Origin: Clostridia bacterium
GTDB taxonomy: Bacteria > Bacillota > Clostridia > Christensenellales > Borkfalkiaceae
Direction: 5' to 3'
DNA: 60,486 nt
Assembly: GCA_029062045.1 (NCBI GenBank)
Contig: JAIDQV010000032.1
Coordinates: 1 to 60,486 of the forward strand
Notes under the pieces: generated by a model
Told to the model about the DNA's origin: nothing
Seen by the model: the letters and a program-made list of their open reading frames with translations, nothing else
Databases searched by the model: none
Translations under genes and position numbers: made by a program
Part shown: positions 17,619 through 25,375 of the stretch, one piece after another
Layout of the letters: each line of letters starts with the position of its first letter
How positions within the stretch are numbered: the stretch's first letter is position 1

Positions 17619-18755
17619 TCAACGGTCGTTCTTTTGTGATTTTAACCGTTCGGATACGTATGCGGTGACAACGGAATTTAAGTCCGAACCGTCTTTTATG
17701 CCCGCTTTTACTCCGGCTACGTAATATTTAAAGTCGTCGCAAATATAAGTTATAGACCTTCCGCTAAGCCCGTCCGACATATCGGCTAAGTACTCGAAAT
17801 CCAGCTTTTCCTTATATTCGTCTTCAAGCTCCGCAAGTTTGGATTTGAAAAAGCTCAACCTCATATTTTTATCGGGAAGGGGTATGTGAATACGCTTTCT
17901 GAACCTGTCCAAAATGCCGACGTCAAGAAGCTCCATACAGTTTGTGTTGGCAAGTATTAGAAAGGACTTGTTCTGTTTAATGCCGTCCATATTTCTTAAA
18001 AGTGCGGGAACCGCCGAAGCCGAGGCTTTGTCGTCACTGCCGCGCTGTTTTGCTATTTCGTCGAATTCGTCGAAAAATACGGTCAGCCCGCATTTGTTTT
18101 TTTCGGAATAGGAACGGAGCGCAGCAAACACTTTATCGATATTTTTTGCGGTTTCACCAACGTAACAGTTTACAAGCGCGGCTACGTTTACAAGCACGAA
18201 GGGCTGGTTTATTTCCTTTGCAACAGCCTTTGCAAACGTTGTTTTACCCGTGCCCGGAGGGCCCTCTAAAAGAATAGCCTTGTTATCGTTGAATTTATAG
18301 TTGTAATAATCGCCGTAGCGCAAAGGATTAATTACGTATTCCGTAACAGACTCTTTTGCGCTTTCAAGACCTATTACGCCTTCAAAGCCCTGTTCGAGTT
18401 CGTCGGCTTTATAAAACGTAAAGTATTCTTCCATACCTTCGGTATCAACGTCCTGGCTTTCGGTAGCGCAATCGTCGTCTTTATGCTGTACGGTTGGAAC
18501 GGCGCTCTGTCTTACCGGGGTTTGGTTATTAGCCGTAACCGTTATAGCCGCCGCGATAGCTTTAAGCCTTTGGGCGCGGCTGTTCAGTTCGGCCGCTTCC
18601 GCCCCGCTTTTACGCATAGAAAACTGTTCGAGATAGAACGCCGCCTGTTCAAACTTTTTCTTTGCCGTCGCAAGGTTGCCGTACTGCTTTGCCTTTAAGG
18701 CTTCGTCATAGTTTGTTTTAAAATTACCGTATAAGTATTCGTCGGATAAAGCCAT
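17619..18755 (-). CDS. MIT-like domain + classical AAA+ ATPase (Vps4-like architecture)
   Basis: N-terminus YDEALKAKQYGNLATAKKKFEQAAFYLEQF...AELNSRAQRLKAIAAAI resembles the Vps4 MIT three-helix pattern. Walker A LEGPPGTGKTTFAKA; Walker B VFFDEFDE; SRH-like ANTNCMELLDVGILDRFRKRIHIPLPD. Confidence 0.65.
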   Translation of the reverse strand: MALSDEYLYGNFKTNYDEALKAKQYGNLATAKKKFEQAAFYLEQFSMRKSGAEAAELNSRAQRLKAIAAAITVTANNQTPVRQSAVPTVQHKDDDCATESQDVDTEGMEEYFTFYKADELEQGFEGVIGLESAKESVTEYVINPLRYGDYYNYKFNDNKAILLEGPPGTGKTTFAKAVAKEINQPFVLVNVAALVNCYVGETAKNIDKVFAALRSYSEKNKCGLTVFFDEFDEIAKQRGSDDKASASAVPALLRNMDGIKQNKSFLILANTNCMELLDVGILDRFRKRIHIPLPDKNMRLSFFKSKLAELEDEYKEKLDFEYLADMSDGLSGRSITYICDDFKYYVAGVKAGIKDGSDLNSVVTAYVSERLKSQKNDR

Positions 18756-18770
18756 TTCAGCCTCACTTGA

Positions 18771-20369
18771 TTATTTGTCGTTTTCACTCTTCCATTCGTT
18801 GAGTTTTATAATATCTTCGGCCTGTACAGACGAGTGAATGACTTGAAGCGCTTCTTCAAAATCCTCACCCGATATGTATTTTTCCTGCGTTTTTATTCCG
18901 CGGATTATGGATATTTCCTCTATCCTGTCAAGAAGGTTGGTTATATCCGAGCCGTTAAATCCGTTTGTCTTTTCAACGATTTCGCCCAGGTTTATATCGT
19001 CCCTTACCGCAACCACGCCTTTTTCCGTAATTTTTACAAGGCGCTTATTTATCATATACTCTCTTGCGGGTGCGTCGGGAAGTCCGACGTAAATTTTGGT
19101 GCCGAAGCGTCCCGGTCTTAAAAACGCACTGTCTATATCCCAAGGTTTGTTAGTTGCGGCAATCAAGAAAAGAATGTTGCCCGTATCTTTTTTATAACTG
19201 TCTATACCTTGCAACTGCGCCAAAAATTCCGAACGCAACTGTTTTGCATACTGCGACTTAGTCGACTTGGGCGAAATAGAATCCATTTCGTCAAAATATA
19301 TTACGGCGCAGGGGAACTCTCTTGCCTGTGCAAACAGCGCGCGTACTGCCTTTTCGGTATTGCCAGCGCCCTGGTGCAGTAGGTCGGACGGCTTAACCGA
19401 ACAGAATTTTGCGCCTATTTCGTTTGCTATTGCCGCGGCAATCATGGTTTTGCCCGTTCCGGGAGGGCCGTAAAGGCACAAACCGCCGCCGTTCTTCTTT
19501 TCGTAGCCCTCGAATGCCTGAGGGTTTTTTAGGGGAAGCAATACCTTCACTTCCACTACTTCTTTGACTTGTTCGAGGCCTGCAATATCCTCAAACCTAA
19601 TTGAGGGAAGGCTGTCCCAGTTGAATTTAAACTCGGAAGACGCCCCCGCATCCCCGTTAACAAATTTGTCCTCGGGCGTTTCTGCGGGCGTGTTCGGCTT
19701 ATTCTCGGGTTTGGGACGCACAGTCGTAGCGGGCACAGGTGCAGGTGCGGGCGTAACCCCCTCTACTTGGGGTTGGCGGGTTGGCGTTTCCACCTGCGGC
19801 TGAGCTGCGGCAAACTCTTTTTCGAGTGCGGCAAGGGTGTCGTCCATTTGCAAGCTGTCACGGGAAATCTCGTCGTTTAAAAGCTCGCGGACGTCATCGT
19901 CGCTTATATCGGACACCGAATCCACACTGCTTGAAAACGCACTGTTGTTATTTTTTAACGCCTGTTGAAGCTGAGCCGAAGTGATACTCTGCTGATACAG
20001 CGCCTTCATAAACATCTTTTCGCTGTTGCTTACGTGTATAGCCTTGCAGGTCTTATATACGTTTTCCATAACGCTGTCAAGCGAGTTGACAAACTTCTTG
20101 TTAAGGTGCTGCATTTCGCACAAATCCTTTGCAATAGTAAAGTTTGCAACCATATCTTCCGCCTGTGCAAGGTTAAACATTGCGTTTTTAAGTAAAGCAA
20201 CCATAGCTTTATACTGCGATTCGTTGCCCTTCTTTAATGCCTCTTTGGCCTTTTGCGCGTACTCGTCCCTCTTCCTGGTCAAGGTCACGATAGCACCGTT
20301 CAAAGCGCGCATCGTTTCTTCCTGCTCGCGTTTCAATTTTAACTGTTTCTTAAAATCACGAAATCCCAC
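18771..20369 (-). CDS. ESCRT-III/Snf7-like N-terminal domain fused via Pro-rich linker to classical AAA+ ATPase
   Basis: Residues 1-190 are paralogous to the 189-aa ORF upstream (IVTLTRKRDEYAQKAKEALKKG vs VVTLTKKRDAAFAMVLEARQKG). Pro-rich linker TPAPAPVPATTVRPKPENKPNTPAETP. AAA: LYGPPGTGKTMIA, VIYFDEMDS, SRH ATNKPWDIDSAFLRPGRFGTKIYVGLPD. Confidence 0.65.
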   Translation of the reverse strand: MGFRDFKKQLKLKREQEETMRALNGAIVTLTRKRDEYAQKAKEALKKGNESQYKAMVALLKNAMFNLAQAEDMVANFTIAKDLCEMQHLNKKFVNSLDSVMENVYKTCKAIHVSNSEKMFMKALYQQSITSAQLQQALKNNNSAFSSSVDSVSDISDDDVRELLNDEISRDSLQMDDTLAALEKEFAAAQPQVETPTRQPQVEGVTPAPAPVPATTVRPKPENKPNTPAETPEDKFVNGDAGASSEFKFNWDSLPSIRFEDIAGLEQVKEVVEVKVLLPLKNPQAFEGYEKKNGGGLCLYGPPGTGKTMIAAAIANEIGAKFCSVKPSDLLHQGAGNTEKAVRALFAQAREFPCAVIYFDEMDSISPKSTKSQYAKQLRSEFLAQLQGIDSYKKDTGNILFLIAATNKPWDIDSAFLRPGRFGTKIYVGLPDAPAREYMINKRLVKITEKGVVAVRDDINLGEIVEKTNGFNGSDITNLLDRIEEISIIRGIKTQEKYISGEDFEEALQVIHSSVQAEDIIKLNEWKSENDK

Positions 20370-20382
20370 GGTATTTCTCCCT

Positions 20383-20952
20383 TTAATTTTTCAGTTTGGT
20401 TCTGTCGCCCGTAGCCGAAGCAAACAGCGCAGCCTCGTCCAGCATAGAATCTATCTCGCTATCGAATTCACTGTAATCGTCCTGGCCTATCGACGCCGCG
20501 GCACTATATTCGCCTACCGATAACATTCTGTCGATATTCTCTTTCTGACGCTCGGTTTCGTACATAGCGTGCATGTACTTGTTTTCAACCTGCTTTATGT
20601 TTGCGGTGTGTCTGCTCGCGCTGATAATATCCTCGGAGAGTATACCTATGCTGTTTAAGAAGTTTTGGTTGAGCTCTGCCAAATCGCGTGACTGAACGGC
20701 AAGTTCCATTGTCATAAGCATTCCTTCGGCACGTTTGCAAGCCGCCATAGTCTGCTTTAACAGTCCGCGCGCCTGCTTTTCCTGGGCTTCAAGTCCCTTT
20801 TGGCGCGCCTCCAAAACCATTGCAAAAGCCGCGTCCCTCTTTTTGGTGAGGGTTACCACTTGCAACTTCAAGTCCTTCGTAACCTTCTCAATCCTTGCGC
20901 GGCGCTCGGTTTCTATTTCTTCCTTCGTCTTCTTGTTTTTTTTGCCGAACAT
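20383..20952 (-). CDS. ESCRT-III/Snf7-like (PspA-superfamily) small coiled-coil protein
   Basis: 189 aa. MFGKKNKK N-terminus, a basic N-terminal helical hairpin and an acidic C-terminal tail (DDYSEFDSEIDSMLDEAALFA). The residue pattern is colinear with yeast Snf7 alpha1-alpha3, from my recollection of that sequence. Confidence 0.6.
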   Translation of the reverse strand: MFGKKNKKTKEEIETERRARIEKVTKDLKLQVVTLTKKRDAAFAMVLEARQKGLEAQEKQARGLLKQTMAACKRAEGMLMTMELAVQSRDLAELNQNFLNSIGILSEDIISASRHTANIKQVENKYMHAMYETERQKENIDRMLSVGEYSAAASIGQDDYSEFDSEIDSMLDEAALFASATGDRTKLKN

Positions 20953-20955
20953 ATC

Positions 20956-21459
20956 TCAGTCCCCTTTTAAAATGGTATTTTCTGTCTCGCACATAAGCGC
21001 GTAAATTTTCTGTGTTTCACGGATGATATCCACCGTAACGGAGATATCCGAGCCTAAACCGTGCGCTATACTGTTGCGCATAGAAACAATGTTTCTAATG
21101 GATTTAAGCTGCTGCCCGTCTATAATTCCAAGTTCAAGCGCCCGCTTCCCCCAGCAAACGGCGTTGCCGTCCACAAGCGCTTTCGATTTTTCGTTGAGCG
21201 CGCTGACGTTATCCAAAAATATCAGCACGAGTTTGTCGTTTTCGGGTTCAACCGTTTTAGGTGCCTCCGGAATTTCGTTCCGAACGGGCGGGCTGTCAAG
21301 AACGGGGGCTGAAAAATCCTCTTGTTCTTTAACAGGTTTTTCGGGTTGTTTTTTGACGTCCTCACTCTTCACCGTTCGGCAATAGCGGCATACGGTTACG
21401 CCGTTAAGAAGAATAAAATCTTCACCTCCGCAATTCGGACATACTGATGTATTTTTCAT
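20956..21459 (-). CDS. Zn-ribbon protein with C-terminal HEPN-like (DUF4145-like) domain
   Basis: N-terminal CPNCGG...CRYCRT, an acidic/Pro linker, and a C-terminal helical domain with an Rx4H motif (MRNSIAHG). Overlaps the upstream HAD gene by 4 nt (ATGA). Confidence 0.5.
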   Translation of the reverse strand: MKNTSVCPNCGGEDFILLNGVTVCRYCRTVKSEDVKKQPEKPVKEQEDFSAPVLDSPPVRNEIPEAPKTVEPENDKLVLIFLDNVSALNEKSKALVDGNAVCWGKRALELGIIDGQQLKSIRNIVSMRNSIAHGLGSDISVTVDIIRETQKIYALMCETENTILKGD

Positions 21460-22220
21460 AATTTAACTTGACCTAAAATTTCCCCCACGCTTTTTATTAC
21501 GAACTGCGGAAAGTTTCCGCACCCGTAAAATACGGTTTTTAAATCTTCGGGAAAGTATTTTTTTAATCTTTCGTGCGCCACGGCATAATCGGCTTTACTA
21601 AGCATATTCACGTCGGCGTCGCTATCGCCCGCGGCGATTGTAATTTTATTGTTAAGTCTTGCCTTTATAAGCCGCACCGCCTCTCCTTTGTCCGCAACCT
21701 GCGGATAAAAATAAACTTTCTTGCCGGAGGCAACGCACGCCAAACTACCGTTTTGCCCAAAGTCGCAAACAAATTTTTGCGCGCCTTCGGCGGTTTTACA
21801 ATTTACCTGTATATATCTTTTATCAACTATCTTAACACTGTACTCGGTTTGGCTTAATAAGCGACCGTATAAAGCTAAAATTTCTTCGTTAAACGGCTTG
21901 TATATCCTATCGTAAATTTTCTCCCACTCTCCGTCTGCGGTGCCGTTTACCAAAAGGCGCGCGCCGTTTGCCACAAGCGCATAATTTATCTCAACGCCTT
22001 CCGCCCATTTTATCCGTTTGAACTGCTCTTCCGAGCGGGTGGTCAGCGGAATAAATTCCACCTTTCGGGAAAGCCCGCAAAGTCCGTTATACACTTCGGG
22101 CGGCATATAGCCGTGCTGCTTTCCGTCAATTATTTCAACGCAAACATCTCCCTCGTTTTTATGACGGAAAGAGTATAACAGCGTATCGTCCAAGTCGCAC
22201 AAAAACAGAATATCTTTCAT
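21456..22220 (-). CDS. HAD-superfamily phosphatase (Ter-cluster associated type)
   Basis: Motif I FLCDLDDTLL (DxDxT); late motif AAGDSDADVNM (GDxxxD). Confidence 0.8.
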   Translation of the reverse strand: MKDILFLCDLDDTLLYSFRHKNEGDVCVEIIDGKQHGYMPPEVYNGLCGLSRKVEFIPLTTRSEEQFKRIKWAEGVEINYALVANGARLLVNGTADGEWEKIYDRIYKPFNEEILALYGRLLSQTEYSVKIVDKRYIQVNCKTAEGAQKFVCDFGQNGSLACVASGKKVYFYPQVADKGEAVRLIKARLNNKITIAAGDSDADVNMLSKADYAVAHERLKKYFPEDLKTVFYGCGNFPQFVIKSVGEILGQVKL

Positions 22221-23270
22221 CTAAATATCCGAAATTTTTTGTATTATTCCGCATGCTTTATAATTTTTGAGTGGATACTCTTCTACCGTTACGCCCTTCT
22301 CTTCGGCAAGAGTGTATATGTGTCCGAGATGCGGAAAGTCGTCTAAACTATGCACAAGCATTTTCCCGGGCACTCTTCTAAGTAACACGCGGGTTGCCTC
22401 GCCAATGCTAGGCTTTACCAGGTTTACGTCGTCTATGCCAAAGTCTTTGCAAATGCGGCTAACCTCTTCCAAACCCGAAACACATTCGCACTTTTCTTCT
22501 TCACAGGGGGCGCCGAAATCAAAATACTTTTCAACGGTATCTATAAACCCGTACGTCCTGTCCTTGTCTTTAAGGTGCGAATAAAAAGCCGCGCCGTGAA
22601 AATCCTTTTCACCTATCAAATCGCTGCGCAATACCGTTCGGCTCAAAAGTCCGGACACCGTGCAGTTTAACAGCGAGCTTGCAATTAAAAAATCTTCGTG
22701 CGTGCCGCAAATCTCTGCCGCAAAGGCAGGGTCGGACAACACCGCAAGCCCAGCGTTTAAACCTTTATAACCGTTTACCGCCTTTTTAACCTCGCGTGCG
22801 ATTACGCCCTTGCCCGTCCAGCCGTCTACAAATCTTACGTCTTTTGCGCTATGTCTTTCTAGAATATAATCCAATGCGTTTTTATCTATTCCCCTGTCGC
22901 GGATAATGGAAATAGTGTAATGGGGTACGCATAAATTATATTTTTTATCTAAGTATCTCTTTAATAAAATGCCTATCGGCGTTCCCGCTCTTGCAAGGGA
23001 CACGAGAACGACGTTGTTTCCGTGGAATTTTAATATTTTTTCGGCAGCCGTTCCTACGGCTTGCGCGGTTATCGGGGCGTAACGTTTCAACGCTTCTTCA
23101 TACACTTTTACATACTGTGCGCTAGGTTCGTACTCCAAAGGCAAAGTTTCGGAATAGTGCAGTCCGCCCTGTATAAGCCGCTCTCTTTCATCCGTGCTGA
23201 GCGGTTTTAATTGTCCCGTAATATCTTTTAATAAGATATTAACGTCGTCCTTTTTATAGCTCGAAAACAT
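22221..23270 (-). CDS. PRTase-like protein of the Ter-associated 'StiP' family
   Basis: VVLVSLARAGTPIG and RFVDGWTGKGVI resemble a PRPP-binding loop. The gene is adjacent to a second PRTase, HAD and CitE-like genes, as in ter-linked biosynthetic modules. Confidence 0.6.
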   Translation of the reverse strand: MFSSYKKDDVNILLKDITGQLKPLSTDERERLIQGGLHYSETLPLEYEPSAQYVKVYEEALKRYAPITAQAVGTAAEKILKFHGNNVVLVSLARAGTPIGILLKRYLDKKYNLCVPHYTISIIRDRGIDKNALDYILERHSAKDVRFVDGWTGKGVIAREVKKAVNGYKGLNAGLAVLSDPAFAAEICGTHEDFLIASSLLNCTVSGLLSRTVLRSDLIGEKDFHGAAFYSHLKDKDRTYGFIDTVEKYFDFGAPCEEEKCECVSGLEEVSRICKDFGIDDVNLVKPSIGEATRVLLRRVPGKMLVHSLDDFPHLGHIYTLAEEKGVTVEEYPLKNYKACGIIQKISDI

Positions 23271-23271
23271 A

Positions 23272-24399
23272 TTATCCTTTTACCAAAACAAAGCGTTTTG
23301 TGCCGCAACTGCCGAAAATTTTAATTATATCTTTAAGCGCCGACTCTACATCGCTTTCGGAATCGGTAACTATTACGGCAACATCGTAATATTCGGGATT
23401 GTAGATAAACGTCGCCCTATGTTTGTCGTAAAACCCCGAAAGTCCGTATCCGCCAAATATCGGATAATCTTCTTTTTCGGAAACTGCGATGGGGCTTCTC
23501 GTCGTCGAATGGCTCTTTACACTTTTTAGGGGATAATTGCGCTCAATCTCCGCACCGAAAATTATTGCAGGATACATACATTCCTCGGTACCCAAAACGA
23601 GAATTTTTTCAGCCGAATTTAACTCTTTTGCAAGTTCGTCCAAAAGTCCTTCAGATATGTTTTTAAGCGTTTTTTCGTACTCTGAAGCCTCAACGCCCAG
23701 TCTGGGGTCGGGCAAGGGCCGGGGTGTGTTTATAATTTTGACGTCGGCGGCACATTCGGGCAATTCTGCCGCAATTTTCGGCGCAGTGGCCGAAACGCTT
23801 TCGACTTCCGAAGAATAATCGGAAAAAGGAAGTTTTAAAAGGCTTACGCATTCTATTCCTTTTTCGGCAAGGCGCGCCTCGTTTTCAGCCGAAATCCTGT
23901 CAATTACGCTTGCGGCGATTATCCTTTTCTTCGCCGCCGTAGGGAATTCTTTGATAAGTTTATCAATTATATTGATAAGCGTTTTACCCGTCGTGAACTC
24001 GTCGTCGACGAATATCAATTTGTCCGCGTTATCTATATACTTTGCAATATCTCTTTTTAAAAGTTTTTGTTCCACCGCGTGGCTATGCTCTTCGGAAAAG
24101 TCTAAAAAAGGCTCGCCCTCTTCGCGCTCGCGCGTGGTATGAATATAATCGCAACCGCACAGTACAGCTACTGCCGCCCCTATTGCCGTTGCCGTTTCGG
24201 CAAAGCCTATTACTAAACCGCCCTGCCCGTATTTGCTCTTGATTATTGCGCCAAACGCGTTCATCATATCAAGCGCTTTTAAAGGGCTTACGGGTATATG
24301 CTTTGCCTGCAAGGTGTTCACCAACAGATAGGTGCGTTTTGCGTTGTTGTATCTCTTTGCTATTCTCAAAAGAGTTTTCGCGGAATATTCTTCGTTCAT
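23272..24399 (-). CDS. Phosphoribosyltransferase-family protein with C-terminal Ter-associated (TRSP-like) domain
   Basis: PRPP-binding motif KLIFVDDEFTTGKTL, with a ~200-aa C-terminal extension. Confidence 0.75.
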   Translation of the reverse strand: MNEEYSAKTLLRIAKRYNNAKRTYLLVNTLQAKHIPVSPLKALDMMNAFGAIIKSKYGQGGLVIGFAETATAIGAAVAVLCGCDYIHTTREREEGEPFLDFSEEHSHAVEQKLLKRDIAKYIDNADKLIFVDDEFTTGKTLINIIDKLIKEFPTAAKKRIIAASVIDRISAENEARLAEKGIECVSLLKLPFSDYSSEVESVSATAPKIAAELPECAADVKIINTPRPLPDPRLGVEASEYEKTLKNISEGLLDELAKELNSAEKILVLGTEECMYPAIIFGAEIERNYPLKSVKSHSTTRSPIAVSEKEDYPIFGGYGLSGFYDKHRATFIYNPEYYDVAVIVTDSESDVESALKDIIKIFGSCGTKRFVLVKG

Positions 24400-24400
24400 T

Positions 24401-25360
24401 TCAATCTTTTATGCCGTAAATCTCGGACAGAATAAGTATCCGCTCCGCCCACTTATAATGGCACTTAACTTCGTTCATTCTGTCACCGGAGCTGCTTTTT
24501 TCCACTCCGAATCCGCCGCGGTCCCAGTTTAATATGCTCTTTGCATCGTTGAAATCTTCACGGCGCACTTTAAGACTTTCATAAATATATCTGAGCTGAC
24601 AGGGATGTATAGCCGTTTTACCGATAAAGCCGTTAAGCCTGTCCAATTCCAGCTCCCTTTCAAGCCCCTTTGCCCACGCGCCGTCATCTGCCCCGAAATA
24701 TTCCCATACCGGTCCGGAAATTATATATTTATCCGAAAATACGTTTATAATGTCGGACAGCACGCCGCTTAAAACGCAAACGTCGTACACGGTTTTGTCA
24801 ATCGGCCGTCTCAATCCGAAAATATTGCTGAAATCGTTTACGCCTACGCGTACGTTGAGGATATATTCGGACACGTCCGCCAATACCTCTTTAATTTTTA
24901 AAAGGCGTTCCCTGCGCGTCACTATGCCGGCAACCCCGGGACTTTCGATAATTGGCATAAAATATACCCGCAAGTCGGAATTGCTGTTGATGCTTAAAAT
25001 AATATTTTTATACTCGTCAGCGTCGGGAAAATCGAATTTAGGTAAAATATACCCCGTCAATATATCCGAAACGCCGTTCAAAAACGCGTGAACGTGTTGC
25101 AAGTGCCTAGGGCTTCTCACCCGCACGAAAAGCAGCACGTCTTTGCGGTTTAACCCTGCATTTTTTAACTCTGTTAAAGTACTTAAAAGCTGCTTCTCCG
25201 CCTCTTCGACAGCATCGTCCGCAATCGAATCTTCAAGGCAAAAACAAACAGAAGTCAACGCCTGTATTTCTTTGTTTATTATTTTTTTAGCAACTCCCTT
25301 TCTTAGGGCAGGCACATATAAAAGTCCTCCGACCTTGTAGGCAAGATAATCTTTATCCAC
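24401..25360 (-). CDS. HpcH/HpaI aldolase / citrate-lyase beta (CitE)-like C-C lyase
   Basis: GGLLYVPA...VCFCLEDSI matches the CitE N-terminal pattern (LFVPG...DLED). Other motifs: IESPGV, GVNDFS, AIHPCQ. Confidence 0.7.
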   Translation of the reverse strand: MDKDYLAYKVGGLLYVPALRKGVAKKIINKEIQALTSVCFCLEDSIADDAVEEAEKQLLSTLTELKNAGLNRKDVLLFVRVRSPRHLQHVHAFLNGVSDILTGYILPKFDFPDADEYKNIILSINSNSDLRVYFMPIIESPGVAGIVTRRERLLKIKEVLADVSEYILNVRVGVNDFSNIFGLRRPIDKTVYDVCVLSGVLSDIINVFSDKYIISGPVWEYFGADDGAWAKGLERELELDRLNGFIGKTAIHPCQLRYIYESLKVRREDFNDAKSILNWDRGGFGVEKSSSGDRMNEVKCHYKWAERILILSEIYGIKD

Positions 25361-25375
25361 TAACCTTTTCCCCTG

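Noticed and set aside
14008-20952. The alternative reading that the coiled-coil proteins are generic coiled-coil, SMC-like or phage structural proteins rather than ESCRT-III/PspA-like.
   Set aside because: This is not fully rejected. I consider it less likely for three reasons: the MFGKK/MGLFG N-termini with basic-N/acidic-C polarity; the adjacency to MIT-like AAA+ ATPases and a YdjI-like SPFH protein; and the fusion of one copy to an AAA+ module. The question is flagged for profile and structure verification.
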